Virus record (IMG/VR): IMGVR_UViG_3300045241_000083 | Span: 7,000-70,999 of that record | Direction: 5' to 3' (one strand) | DNA length: 64,000 bases | From: a virus | Part shown: positions 9,920-17,856 of the stretch, piece by piece | How positions within the stretch are numbered: the first letter of the stretch is position 1 | How the letters are laid out: the number at the start of each line of letters is the position of its first letter | Translations under genes and position numbers: made by a program | The notes under the pieces: model-generated | What the model saw: only the letters and a program-made list of their open reading frames with translations | The model's database searches: none | Told to the model about the DNA's origin: nothing

Positions 9920-11530
9920 TTATATCATGCCTCCGTTGAGAGACGCCGCTTCGAGGATACCACCACCGCCGCCCGCTGCACTTTCTACGGCTGCTGGGAA
10001 CGGTTCGCCGCGATTGAAGTAGTCCAGCCCCTGCGTGCCGTCCGCGCCGCCAGTCACCGTGTCGAAGTACGCCTTGCTACCGACACCGCCTGTGCAAGCG
10101 AGCCGGAGCCGCACCCATCCAGCTCGGCTTGGCGTGAACGTTGGAATAGTCAGCACCGTGAACGTTCCCTGCCCCGCGCTGCCTGTTTGGACGGCGGAAT
10201 CACTCACGCCGATCTCACTGTTTCCCATGACTTGAGCAGTCGGAACCACGCTTGCATCCGAGCGGTACTTGATCGTAATATTCGTTGCTACCGCGCCAAC
10301 AGGAATGAGAAGATCATGATCCCCTGGTGAAACCAGATTCAGCCCGACCCCTCCCGCGTCTACGATCGTCGTCTCTTTGGCTGCCGTGTCGTGACGCTCT
10401 AAAGCCCCAATTCCCACACTTGCTGAACCGCCGCCTGCCGGACGAGGACGGTTTAGCAGATCGACCGCGCTCGGCGCTCCCGCCTGATTGCCGAATCCCA
10501 ACAGCGGGCTCCCGGCATTAGGCTCCAAGAAATGGCGCGGCAACCGCCCCATGATCCACGCTTCACCGACTTCAACCAACAGGGCATACGTATTCGTCTT
10601 TGAACTGCCACCGATTGAAACATTCGTTCGTGCGGTCGCCGCCCAAATGTTATTGAAGTCCTCCACGATCTGCCCTGACGCATTGGCGTTAAGCGCTGTG
10701 TTCATGCTAATAATCAGGCAATTATAGACTTTGACCGGAATCGTGGTAGACAGCGCAGCCGAAGATGTTTGGATTGTTTGGTTGCCACCTATCAGCGTGC
10801 AGTTCCAAATGTATACCCCGCCGCCCTTAAATGAGAGCGCGCCGCTTGACGAAACTCTCACAAAACCAGACGTTCCGACAAAGCGGCACGAGTCGATGAC
10901 GAAATTCGCATCATAGTCCGCAACGGAACTTGTCGGGAGAATTATGTCGAAGAACCGTGAGTTCGGACTCGCAAAAAACGTGCATCTCTGAAACGTCCAG
11001 TTACTAGCTACGTCAGCCAACCCAATATACTGGATGCAAAGAGTATTACTGCCGTGGCCGCCCTTGAACACGCAATCTACAAGCTTGATGTTCACGGATT
11101 GCGTGGTGGACCCATCAATACTGCTGCCGGTCCCTCCTACCATAACGATGTACTGGAACGTCAGAAAATCTCGGCCAGCCAGAGTGAGCAGAGCAGAAGC
11201 GGACGGCGCAGTCGTGTCGTTGGTCGTGAAGGTCGTCCAAATCACATCGCCCGCCGCAACCAACACCCCGCCGCTCGTCTTGAAGCCCTGAGCGTTCGCA
11301 GGATCTCCGAGTATCTTCGTCTCAGCCACAGCCGACGTCATAGCAACGGTGACAATTTCACGGAACGGACCGGCAGGCGAAAGGTAGGCCGTATCGCCCG
11401 ACGCCATGCCCGACGCGCCCAATAATTTCGCGATGGTCTTCCACGGCTTGTTAGTACCGGCAGACGCGTCCGGGCCTAGACCGTTGTTCGCGTCTAGGCC
11501 GTTCACGAAATCAACGTAGTAGGTCGCCAC
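9920..11530 (-). CDS. putative tailspike/receptor-binding protein with parallel beta-helix
   Basis: N-terminal TYYVD..NG.D.NNG....KPWKTI typical of pectin-lyase-like proteins; repeated xxCxF/I rungs; LL.FG...DL..RPR...IGA.E C-terminal motif. Confidence 0.7.
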   Translation of the reverse strand: MATYYVDFVNGLDANNGLGPDASAGTNKPWKTIAKLLGASGMASGDTAYLSPAGPFREIVTVAMTSAVAETKILGDPANAQGFKTSGGVLVAAGDVIWTTFTTNDTTAPSASALLTLAGRDFLTFQYIVMVGGTGSSIDGSTTQSVNIKLVDCVFKGGHGSNTLCIQYIGLADVASNWTFQRCTFFASPNSRFFDIILPTSSVADYDANFVIDSCRFVGTSGFVRVSSSGALSFKGGGVYIWNCTLIGGNQTIQTSSAALSTTIPVKVYNCLIISMNTALNANASGQIVEDFNNIWAATARTNVSIGGSSKTNTYALLVEVGEAWIMGRLPRHFLEPNAGSPLLGFGNQAGAPSAVDLLNRPRPAGGGSASVGIGALERHDTAAKETTIVDAGGVGLNLVSPGDHDLLIPVGAVATNITIKYRSDASVVPTAQVMGNSEIGVSDSAVQTGSAGQGTFTVLTIPTFTPSRAGWVRLRLACTGGVGSKAYFDTVTGGADGTQGLDYFNRGEPFPAAVESAAGGGGGILEAASLNGGMI

Positions 11531-11847
11531 TAGACCAGCCCCGCTCTACGCTGGATAATCCAGTCAGCTATGCGCTCGGCCAAATCGGCGTGATCCTGCA
11601 CGCTGAAACCAGCGACACGGAAAGCGAAGTTGATGTCGTTCGCACCAGTGAAGTCGCTGGCAACCTGCGAATGGTCAGTGCTGCTCACGACCTTTCCAGC
11701 GACGCGAACGACCGGACACGAGAACACGGATGCCGCAGGAGCCGTGATCGTGGTCACGCCTGCATTCGTGCTCTGCGAAGTCGGAGGGACGACAATCACG
11801 ACACCGTTCGGGTTTACCGTGCGCTGGAAATTGAGAAGGTCAGGCAT
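11530..11847 (-). CDS. hypothetical protein, paralogue of 12148-12393
   Basis: Shared AGKxVxSxD...DFTGAN...RxAGL. Confidence 0.65.
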   Translation of the reverse strand: MPDLLNFQRTVNPNGVVIVVPPTSQSTNAGVTTITAPAASVFSCPVVRVAGKVVSSTDHSQVASDFTGANDINFAFRVAGFSVQDHADLAERIADWIIQRRAGLV

Positions 11848-11858
11848 GATATTAAAAT

Positions 11859-11945
11859 TGGTGGGAGCAAGGCAAGAATCGCACCTGCTACGGAATACAT
11901 ACCGTCACTCTCCGAGGAGAGTCCGCGCTTGCGGTCTAAGCTCCA
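11859..11945 (-). ncRNA. degenerate tRNA-like element
   Basis: Intergenic. GGAGC/GCTCC acceptor-like pairing ending in ACCA; CCGC/GCGG arm; ACTCTC/GAGAGT arm; ACGG/CCGT long variable arm; GCAGG-TGCGATT-CTTGC T-arm-like stem. Confidence 0.4.
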
Positions 11946-11951
11946 GTAAAC

Positions 11952-12155
11952 CTATTCCCTTGGCGCGCGCGCCTCGCCGTTCTGGATGCGCATGACTAGA
12001 ATCTCTACGGTGTCGATCTTTTTGCCGAGCACGTCCAGCGCGACGGCCGGATTCTGCGCGTTTACCTGCCCGGAGAGAGTATTCACAGACGACTGGAGCG
12101 CATTGACCGACTTCTGGAGCGCGTCCACGCTTGCTTGAGACGCAGGACTAGCCAT
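11952..12155 (-). CDS. small coiled-coil protein
   Basis: MASPASQASVDALQKSVNALQSSVNTL; overlaps the previous stop. Confidence 0.55.
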   Translation of the reverse strand: MASPASQASVDALQKSVNALQSSVNTLSGQVNAQNPAVALDVLGKKIDTVEILVMRIQNGEARAPRE

Positions 12156-12393
12156 TGAACAGCCCTGCCTTTCGGAGCAGAAGCTCCTGTGCGAGATTGC
12201 CAACGACCTCATCCTGGTCGGCAGGTGCCAACTGGCTGAGGCACCCCGGCCAGTCCAGCGAGTTCGCGCCCGTAAAGTCGGCGATCAAGTGACCGTCGGA
12301 GCTGTCCACGAGCTTGCCTGCGATGTTATGAGTCTGCGTGCTGATTACCGCAACGTTCTCGCGTGTGACGCCGAACTCTTGAAAGTCAGCCAT
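12148..12393 (-). CDS. hypothetical protein, paralogue of 11530-11847
   Basis: GGAGGA SD; shared DFTGAN motif. Confidence 0.65.
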   Translation of the reverse strand: MADFQEFGVTRENVAVISTQTHNIAGKLVDSSDGHLIADFTGANSLDWPGCLSQLAPADQDEVVGNLAQELLLRKAGLFNG

Positions 12394-12438
12394 TACCCAT
12401 CCTCCAATCAGTAGCTCAGAGAGAACAGTGCCTCACTG

Positions 12439-12759
12439 CTACGCCGCCGCCGTCGCCTGGAGTTCGAGCTTGCTGGTCGTGATCGTCTGAGTGCCGAGCT
12501 TCGGACTCGTTGCCGTCACGACGCCGTTAACGACCTTCATGTCGAAGTCATCGCCAGGGTTGTTCCAACCGCCGGTGGCTTTTGCCTCGGCGTTCTTGTC
12601 GTCGGTCACAGTGGCCGACTGAGGCACCCACGCCTTCGCTCCGGCCTTCTCGGTCGCGAACGCCATGTCTCCCGGTTGGTGCGTGGAATGCCCATGGTAG
12701 TAAAACTGGCACGCCTGACCGTCCTTCACATACCCGCCCTCAATCACTATGCTTGTCAT
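12439..12759 (-). CDS. hypothetical protein
   Basis: AAAGG SD; late operon. Confidence 0.6.
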   Translation of the reverse strand: MTSIVIEGGYVKDGQACQFYYHGHSTHQPGDMAFATEKAGAKAWVPQSATVTDDKNAEAKATGGWNNPGDDFDMKVVNGVVTATSPKLGTQTITTSKLELQATAAA

Positions 12760-12780
12760 TATCGTTTACCTTTCAGCCCA

Positions 12781-13152
12781 TCAGGGCTTGAACGTCACTC
12801 TAACGTTGTCTAGAAGCCCGTCTCCGCCGAGCGCGGCCATGATGACCGGAGACACATCAGCCACACGCATAAGACGTGCGGACGGCCCTTTATCGAGCAG
12901 TATACCAACGGCGCTCTTGCCGCCATGCTCGAAGCGCACAGCCATACCACATCGCAGTTTATACTTCTTCCAGACCGGGATCGGAAGAGCGCAATATGGG
13001 TAGTCGCTATGGTCTAGCGTCGAGAAACCACAAGCGGTTCCACCGCTATCCTGGCTATCTGAAGGACCACCAAAAGTCGTTAGCTGCCCCATAGCACCTA
13101 TGAAGCCAGGACCGTCGGAGACAGGATGATACAAGTCCTCAACTTTGCCCAT
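12781..13152 (-). CDS. putative double-psi beta-barrel (RlpA/3D-like) cell-wall enzyme, endolysin candidate
   Basis: TTFGG...GTACG...CALP...CG..VR....GKS....L.DKGP......DVS pattern. Confidence 0.5.
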   Translation of the reverse strand: MGKVEDLYHPVSDGPGFIGAMGQLTTFGGPSDSQDSGGTACGFSTLDHSDYPYCALPIPVWKKYKLRCGMAVRFEHGGKSAVGILLDKGPSARLMRVADVSPVIMAALGGDGLLDNVRVTFKP

Positions 13153-13472
13153 TAGCCGTCCCACTCTCCCGCCTGCCACTCGCCCCAATGTCCCCGTCTA
13201 CCGTCTCGCTCTGCGGAAAGCCACTCGCCCCAAGTCCCGGTGAGAGCTGCACGCTCGCCCTCCTGGTATCGCCTGTCGCGTTCCAATCTCTCCGTCCATA
13301 ACTGTGCTCGCACCCGCCGCTGCGCCCACACGTTGCCCCTGCGAGCCAGCCACGCTACCGGATGCGTCAGGCTGTCCAGGCAGAGCCAGACCGGGACACC
13401 GAAGCTCGGTGTGATGCTTGCCAGAAACCCTGCCGCGAATGCCGTTATCAGCCAGAGCCAGGATATCATCAT
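13152..13472 (-). CDS. membrane-anchored hypothetical protein
   Basis: Hydrophobic N-terminus; WGEW repeats. Confidence 0.5.
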   Translation of the reverse strand: MMISWLWLITAFAAGFLASITPSFGVPVWLCLDSLTHPVAWLARRGNVWAQRRVRAQLWTERLERDRRYQEGERAALTGTWGEWLSAERDGRRGHWGEWQAGEWDG

Positions 13473-13943
13473 TCAGTGCCTCATAAGTCCAAAGATCAGG
13501 CCGATAAGCCCGACAAGAGTGCTGATCGCCAATGCGATGTAGATACCTGCATCGTGCAACCCGGTGGACGCGCCCTGATGAGCGGACACGTACTCCGTCA
13601 GCGGCCTTATGAGCGTGTTCATTTCGCGTATCGCGCTCGTTAAGTCTTCCTTCGTTGCGTACAGCCCGCGCTCGCTATTGATCTGCTCGCGAAGCTCGTT
13701 GGCCTTCTCGTCCTTGTAGGTCTGCACGTCACGCTGAAGGCCGAGGGCAGTCTTGTCCGCCTCCTCTTTAATCTTGAGAGCCTTTTCCTCGGCGTTCTTG
13801 ACCTCGGTGTACCGGCGATCCCGCTCGTTATCGCACTCGCGCCGCAACCGCTCTATCTCGCGGTCCTGCGTCGCCCGCTCGTCCATGAGTTGCTTGAGCG
13901 TGGAGGTCGTCCATCCTTCGCGGTTTACCTTCCGCAGCGCCAT
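13473..13943 (-). CDS. coiled-coil protein with C-terminal TM helix (holin/lysis-associated candidate)
   Basis: Charged coiled coil followed by IYIALAISTLVGLIGLIFGL. Confidence 0.6.
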   Translation of the reverse strand: MALRKVNREGWTTSTLKQLMDERATQDREIERLRRECDNERDRRYTEVKNAEEKALKIKEEADKTALGLQRDVQTYKDEKANELREQINSERGLYATKEDLTSAIREMNTLIRPLTEYVSAHQGASTGLHDAGIYIALAISTLVGLIGLIFGLMRH

Positions 13944-13965
13944 TCCAAGCCCTCACGCCGCCGCC

Positions 13966-14310
13966 CTAGGTCCCAACCTTAGTTCGGTCATCTGTCCAGA
14001 TGAATTCGCCGTCTTCGCCGACCGGAAAGTGCGTGCCGCAGTTGCAGCAGAAGGTGCCACTATAGAACGACGGATCACGCGCGTAAGTCTCCGCGAGGCT
14101 CTGCCCCATCGTCGTAACGGACCCGCATTTCAGGTGAAGGTAGCTTGTCCTCACGGGCCGCACGAAGCCCTTCTCGCGCTCCGTCGTACAGAGAACGCGA
14201 TAGTCCTTCTGCTGTCCGACACGCGGGCCGCTTTCCAGTATCGAGATGTCGCCCTGTTCACCCGGCCGACCGTCTGTTGTGCAGACCTCCTGCCCTTTTG
14301 CGTCCTTCAT
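13966..14310 (-). CDS. Zn-binding hypothetical protein
   Basis: HLKCG...FCCNC; coupled start. Confidence 0.65.
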   Translation of the reverse strand: MKDAKGQEVCTTDGRPGEQGDISILESGPRVGQQKDYRVLCTTEREKGFVRPVRTSYLHLKCGSVTTMGQSLAETYARDPSFYSGTFCCNCGTHFPVGEDGEFIWTDDRTKVGT

Positions 14311-14543
14311 GGTTTCGGCCCCACCTTCACCGTGACAGTATTCGGAACCGGCCCTGGATGCTTGCTGATGACCTCAACGCCCGGAAACTTGGCAAGTAGC
14401 TTTCGTATGTACCTCTGCGACTTGCCGGGGTCGGCGTCGGTAATGAACGCCGCCGTCTTTCCGTGATCCTGCACAACATGGCCTATCTGGTCGATACGCT
14501 GGTCTTCTTCTAGTTCGTACAGGTCAACGTAGACCGGCTTCAT
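14307..14543 (-). CDS. hypothetical protein
   Basis: ATGA-coupled on both sides. Confidence 0.55.
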   Translation of the reverse strand: MKPVYVDLYELEEDQRIDQIGHVVQDHGKTAAFITDADPGKSQRYIRKLLAKFPGVEVISKHPGPVPNTVTVKVGPKP

Positions 14544-14803
14544 CGTGTTTCCGTAACCTTCACCGGGTCGCTGCCCCCGCCCGGCCCGCTAACCGGCACC
14601 GGCTCCTGAGACTGCCCTGTGTGCGTACTCACGAGAAGGGCAGTTAAGCCGCCGAGGGCCGCGCTGGTGATGTTGCCCAGCGTGTCCGGTACCGGTATAT
14701 TCTGCATGGATAGAAGGCCGATCAACGCAAGACACGCGATAACGGTCAGGCCGAGCAGAACCACCACCGCGCGAACCGCCCACTGGTCATTCGCCTGGTT
14801 CAT
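14540..14803 (-). CDS. two-TM membrane protein (holin candidate)
   Basis: AVVVLLGLTVIACLALIGLL and ITSAALGGLTALLV; start at the ATGA overlap. Confidence 0.6.
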   Translation of the reverse strand: MNQANDQWAVRAVVVLLGLTVIACLALIGLLSMQNIPVPDTLGNITSAALGGLTALLVSTHTGQSQEPVPVSGPGGGSDPVKVTETR

Positions 14804-15042
14804 CGTGCAGTCTTCTCCGTGCGCCGTTCGGCCAGCAAGACGCGGGAGATATGCGCCCGGTGAACGATGATGAGCGGGTCTTTCCGGTAGCACTTGACCA
14901 CGAGCATCTGCGCGGCTACCTTCAGCTTGGCAGTGTCCGCCTTCAGCGCGTCTGCCTGCTTGACCTCGGCCTTCACCTGGGCTATCTGCGCGCGAGCGGT
15001 CATGCAAAACGCCAGCAGAATTGCTACCAATCCGAGTTTCAT
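14800..15042 (-). CDS. small protein with signal peptide
   Basis: MKLGLVAILLAFCMTARA; coupled. Confidence 0.5.
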   Translation of the reverse strand: MKLGLVAILLAFCMTARAQIAQVKAEVKQADALKADTAKLKVAAQMLVVKCYRKDPLIIVHRAHISRVLLAERRTEKTAR

Positions 15043-15422
15043 AGGTTGCTCGTCCCTTCTACGCCGCGCGCCGTCCGCTCCCGTGTTCGGTGCAGGAGCC
15101 AGTGCATGGCATCTTCAACGTGCGTCAGTGCGATAGCGTTCTCGCGGCAAGAATACGGGCCTGACTGGAATCCCTGTAAGCGATGCCGTACGATGGCAAG
15201 CAACGCCTCATTCGACACACCGTTGACGCCCGCTTCGCTGATCGGCCCGTTCTGAAACGAAACAGTTCCATAGCGCATTCCGTCTGGCTTTCCGTCATGA
15301 ATCGCGTAGACGTGCGAGGCATTCCCGGCCCCTGGCGCATCTGCATCGATGAAGAGCGATTCGTTTAGTGCGTTCACCTCATGCCCGTGAACCGGTGTTG
15401 TGAAAATTGGCTGCGAGTTCAT
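15039..15422 (-). CDS. tad1: Tad1-like (Thoeris anti-defence 1) signalling-nucleotide sponge
   Basis: G.GNASHVY...FQNGP...GV.NEALLAIVRHRLQGFQSGPYSCRENAIALTHVEDAMHWL..RT..R.ARGVEGT matches the Tad1 family pattern; AAGGAG SD. Confidence 0.8.
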   Translation of the reverse strand: MNSQPIFTTPVHGHEVNALNESLFIDADAPGAGNASHVYAIHDGKPDGMRYGTVSFQNGPISEAGVNGVSNEALLAIVRHRLQGFQSGPYSCRENAIALTHVEDAMHWLLHRTRERTARGVEGTSNL

Positions 15423-15464
15423 ATACGATCTCCTTTTTGATTATGGGGACGTATGCCCCAGTTG

Positions 15465-15773
15465 TCACTTCCTCCCCAACGCTGTCTGCAAGAGCGTCAA
15501 CGCCGTCTGGCTGTTCGCCCGCGCCGCGCTGATGTCGGACGCATAGGCGGCACTTACCTTCCGGTCGGCGTCCCGGTCGGCCTGCAACTGGCTGATGTCC
15601 TTCTGAGCCTGCGTCACGCCGTCGCTGATCTTGGCAGTCCAGTACAGGCCCGTAACGATAGCCGTGAGAACCGGAATCGCGAAGATCGTGAACGCGGTCA
15701 CGGCGAACTTCCGCTTCCACGCGCGGTCATCCTGAACATCGCGCCGCCGCTCCTGCTGTTCGGTTTCGATCAT
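15465..15773 (-). CDS. single-TM coiled-coil protein
   Basis: KFAVTAFTIFAIPVLTAIVTGLYW followed by a coiled coil. Confidence 0.55.
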   Translation of the reverse strand: MIETEQQERRRDVQDDRAWKRKFAVTAFTIFAIPVLTAIVTGLYWTAKISDGVTQAQKDISQLQADRDADRKVSAAYASDISAARANSQTALTLLQTALGRK

Positions 15774-16057
15774 GGAGCTTTCCCTATGGCTAAAACTTCT
15801 TCTAACTGCGCAGCTCGTCTCGCAGCGTCCCTGCACTCGACGCAGACCGTCTCCCCGGTCTTCTCACTGAATATGCCCCACGGCTTTTCATACGCACATA
15901 CGAGGCACAGACGAGATTCTCCCAGTTCCGGGTGCTTGTGCCCGATGCGGAAGTCATGTACATCCGGTGTCGCGTCACGGAGCACATTTTCGAGCCTCTG
16001 GTACGCCTCACGCCATGTCTCCTGCGGCATATAGCAGGTTGCTACAAGTTCGATCAT
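15770..16057 (-). CDS. hypothetical protein with CxxC pairs
   Basis: CLVC...CVEC; coupled. Confidence 0.55.
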   Translation of the reverse strand: MIELVATCYMPQETWREAYQRLENVLRDATPDVHDFRIGHKHPELGESRLCLVCAYEKPWGIFSEKTGETVCVECRDAARRAAQLEEVLAIGKAP

Positions 16058-16686
16058 GGCTTCGCTACTCCAAATGCTAGAACTTCGTGCAGCTCCACGC
16101 CGTTCTTGGCTACTCCAGTTTGAGGCGTGCCGTGTTTCACATCGAAGAACAGCACACCCGTCACCGTCACCTTACCGGATAGCTTGCGCCATGCGGCCGG
16201 TTGCCCGAAGAGTTTCACGCACGCGGCCCGCGCTGCAGCCGCCTGCGGTCCCTTAATGCCCTTCGCGCTCTGTGACGGGTCCGGGAACTCCACGATCATA
16301 GTCGATCCGCTCGCGCCCTTGATGACGAAGTGGATGTCCTCGTCAGCCTCGTACTTGAAGCCGACTGCCTGCGCCGTAACCGAGTACACCTGCCGCTCGG
16401 CTGGATACCGCGTCGTATCGCTTAGCTTCGGGCGCGTTGTGAACGGAGCAGGCAACGCGGATAGCTGCTCAACTGTCGCGGTCTTCGGCGTGAAGTTGAT
16501 AAGGTGCGCGTCAGGGTCTCGAAGCACTTTGACCGACCAACGTTCTTTCCCACTGTCCGGCACCTGAGCCGCCTGCACGGTATCGGGCGTGTACTTGGCC
16601 GGCAGGAGCGTTAAGGCAACGGTTGTGCCTAGAGCCGCTGTGCCGCAGACGACTGCTGCGATAATGCGTTGACCGACTGCGCTCAT
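16054..16686 (-). CDS. secreted or anchored OB-fold-like protein
   Basis: N-terminal TM; ERWSVK...E.D.DIHFVI...MIVEFPDP...VTVTGVLFFD..HG...ELH.VL. Confidence 0.65.
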   Translation of the reverse strand: MSAVGQRIIAAVVCGTAALGTTVALTLLPAKYTPDTVQAAQVPDSGKERWSVKVLRDPDAHLINFTPKTATVEQLSALPAPFTTRPKLSDTTRYPAERQVYSVTAQAVGFKYEADEDIHFVIKGASGSTMIVEFPDPSQSAKGIKGPQAAAARAACVKLFGQPAAWRKLSGKVTVTGVLFFDVKHGTPQTGVAKNGVELHEVLAFGVAKP

Positions 16687-16688
16687 GT

Positions 16689-16925
16689 TCAATTCCAGTT
16701 TGTGACTGCCGGATCGGGCGCGGTATGCGCGACCGCCTGCGGCTCTACCTTTACGGCTTGGACGCTATGTGCTGGAGCCGCAACAGTGCGCGGGCCGGTC
16801 GTGATATCAACGCTAACGAAACCGAGTTTGCCCTGCCAGTGCTCGACGGGCAGGTCGATGCCGAGTTTGATGTGCAGAGTTCCGAGGGAAATCACACCAT
16901 AGAGCTTCGCGGAGAGAGTTATCAT
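16689..16925 (-). CDS. hypothetical protein
   Basis: AAAGGA SD before ATG 16925. Confidence 0.5.
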   Translation of the reverse strand: MITLSAKLYGVISLGTLHIKLGIDLPVEHWQGKLGFVSVDITTGPRTVAAPAHSVQAVKVEPQAVAHTAPDPAVTNWN

Positions 16926-16938
16926 GTTCGTTTTCCTT

Positions 16939-17106
16939 TCACTTGACAGCGTTGCCAAATACGGCCCAACCGAGTAGACCGAGCAGAATGAAGATCACGA
17001 GGCCCCACGCATTCCGATAAGGCCGATCCGCCGGAACATACCAGCAGACACCGTAAAAGATGAGCGAGACGATGAAAATTACCCAGAAAAGGCTCCCCTT
17101 TTCGAT
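16939..17106 (-). CDS. small two-TM membrane protein (possible ATC start)
   Basis: GSLFWVIFIVSLIFYG...GLVIFILLGLLGWAVFG; AAGGAAGGTG followed only by ATC codons in frame. Confidence 0.5.
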   Translation of the reverse strand: MEKGSLFWVIFIVSLIFYGVCWYVPADRPYRNAWGLVIFILLGLLGWAVFGNAVK

Positions 17107-17125
17107 GATACACCTTCCTTTCGCG

Positions 17126-17290
17126 TCAAGGCGGAGGACCAGGACCGTTCCACCTGCCGTAGCCCCAATACCCACCTCCGAATACAACCAGTAATACGAT
17201 TATTAGCAGGAGGGTATTTCCGCTAGAATAAGCGAACGCGCCGCCTCCGCACAAAAGCAAGACCAGCAGAATGAGAAGCAAAATTCCCAT
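17126..17290 (-). CDS. small two-TM membrane protein (54 aa)
   Basis: Manual translation MGILLLILLVLLLCGGGAFAYSSGNTLLLIIVLLVVFGGGYWGYGRWNGPGPPP; below the ORF-track cutoff. Confidence 0.6.
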   Translation of the reverse strand: MGILLLILLVLLLCGGGAFAYSSGNTLLLIIVLLVVFGGGYWGYGRWNGPGPPP

Positions 17291-17307
17291 GATTCACCGC
17301 CTATGAG

Positions 17308-17691
17308 TCAGTAGCGCCCGTCGCAGAAGAAACGATCTGACGCAGTATTTAGCCTGATCCACAGCACACGGAACGGACACGACACGGCGATCTGCTGATC
17401 GTTCGCCCCCACCTCGTTCTCCGCCTGCGCGTCCGTGGGAGCCGTGATGCGGTCACGCGCGAACAGAACCCAACTACCGGGACCGCCGCCCGTCGCCACG
17501 GTGCGGATGAGGCACGTACCGATAGTCATGCCTGGATCGAGGCCGGGGTAGGGATTCTTGCTCGCTGCCTGAAGCGCGGCGATGCTCGCGTAGTCGGTGC
17601 CGTCACTGGCAAGGACCCGCCACGTCGCCACGCCAGGAGCCCAACTCTGCGGGAGCGGGTTCGGCCATGATTCGTAGACCTGCGTCGCCAT
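17308..17691 (-). CDS. hypothetical protein
   Basis: GAGGAGGG upstream; first gene after a leader element. Confidence 0.6.
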   Translation of the reverse strand: MATQVYESWPNPLPQSWAPGVATWRVLASDGTDYASIAALQAASKNPYPGLDPGMTIGTCLIRTVATGGGPGSWVLFARDRITAPTDAQAENEVGANDQQIAVSCPFRVLWIRLNTASDRFFCDGRY

Positions 17692-17724
17692 CCTCTACCC
17701 TCCTCAACTGTCACGGCTATCCGA

Positions 17725-17835
17725 AACGAACAGAAGCCCGCTTTCGAGCCTATCCCTGCGGATGGGCCGAAAAACGGGCTTCGTCAATATCGGGCACGAG
17801 TCCCTTTGCCTAAGTTGTCATAGCCATTATACGCC
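17725..17835 (-). promoter_or_regulatory. late-block leader element 1 (promoter plus attenuator-like RNA)
   Basis: Minus strand: TATAAT-ACAACTT-GGGACTC-hairpin-GAAGCCCG...CGGGCTTC. Confidence 0.6.
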
Positions 17836-17856
17836 ACACGCGGGCGCTTTCCTCTT

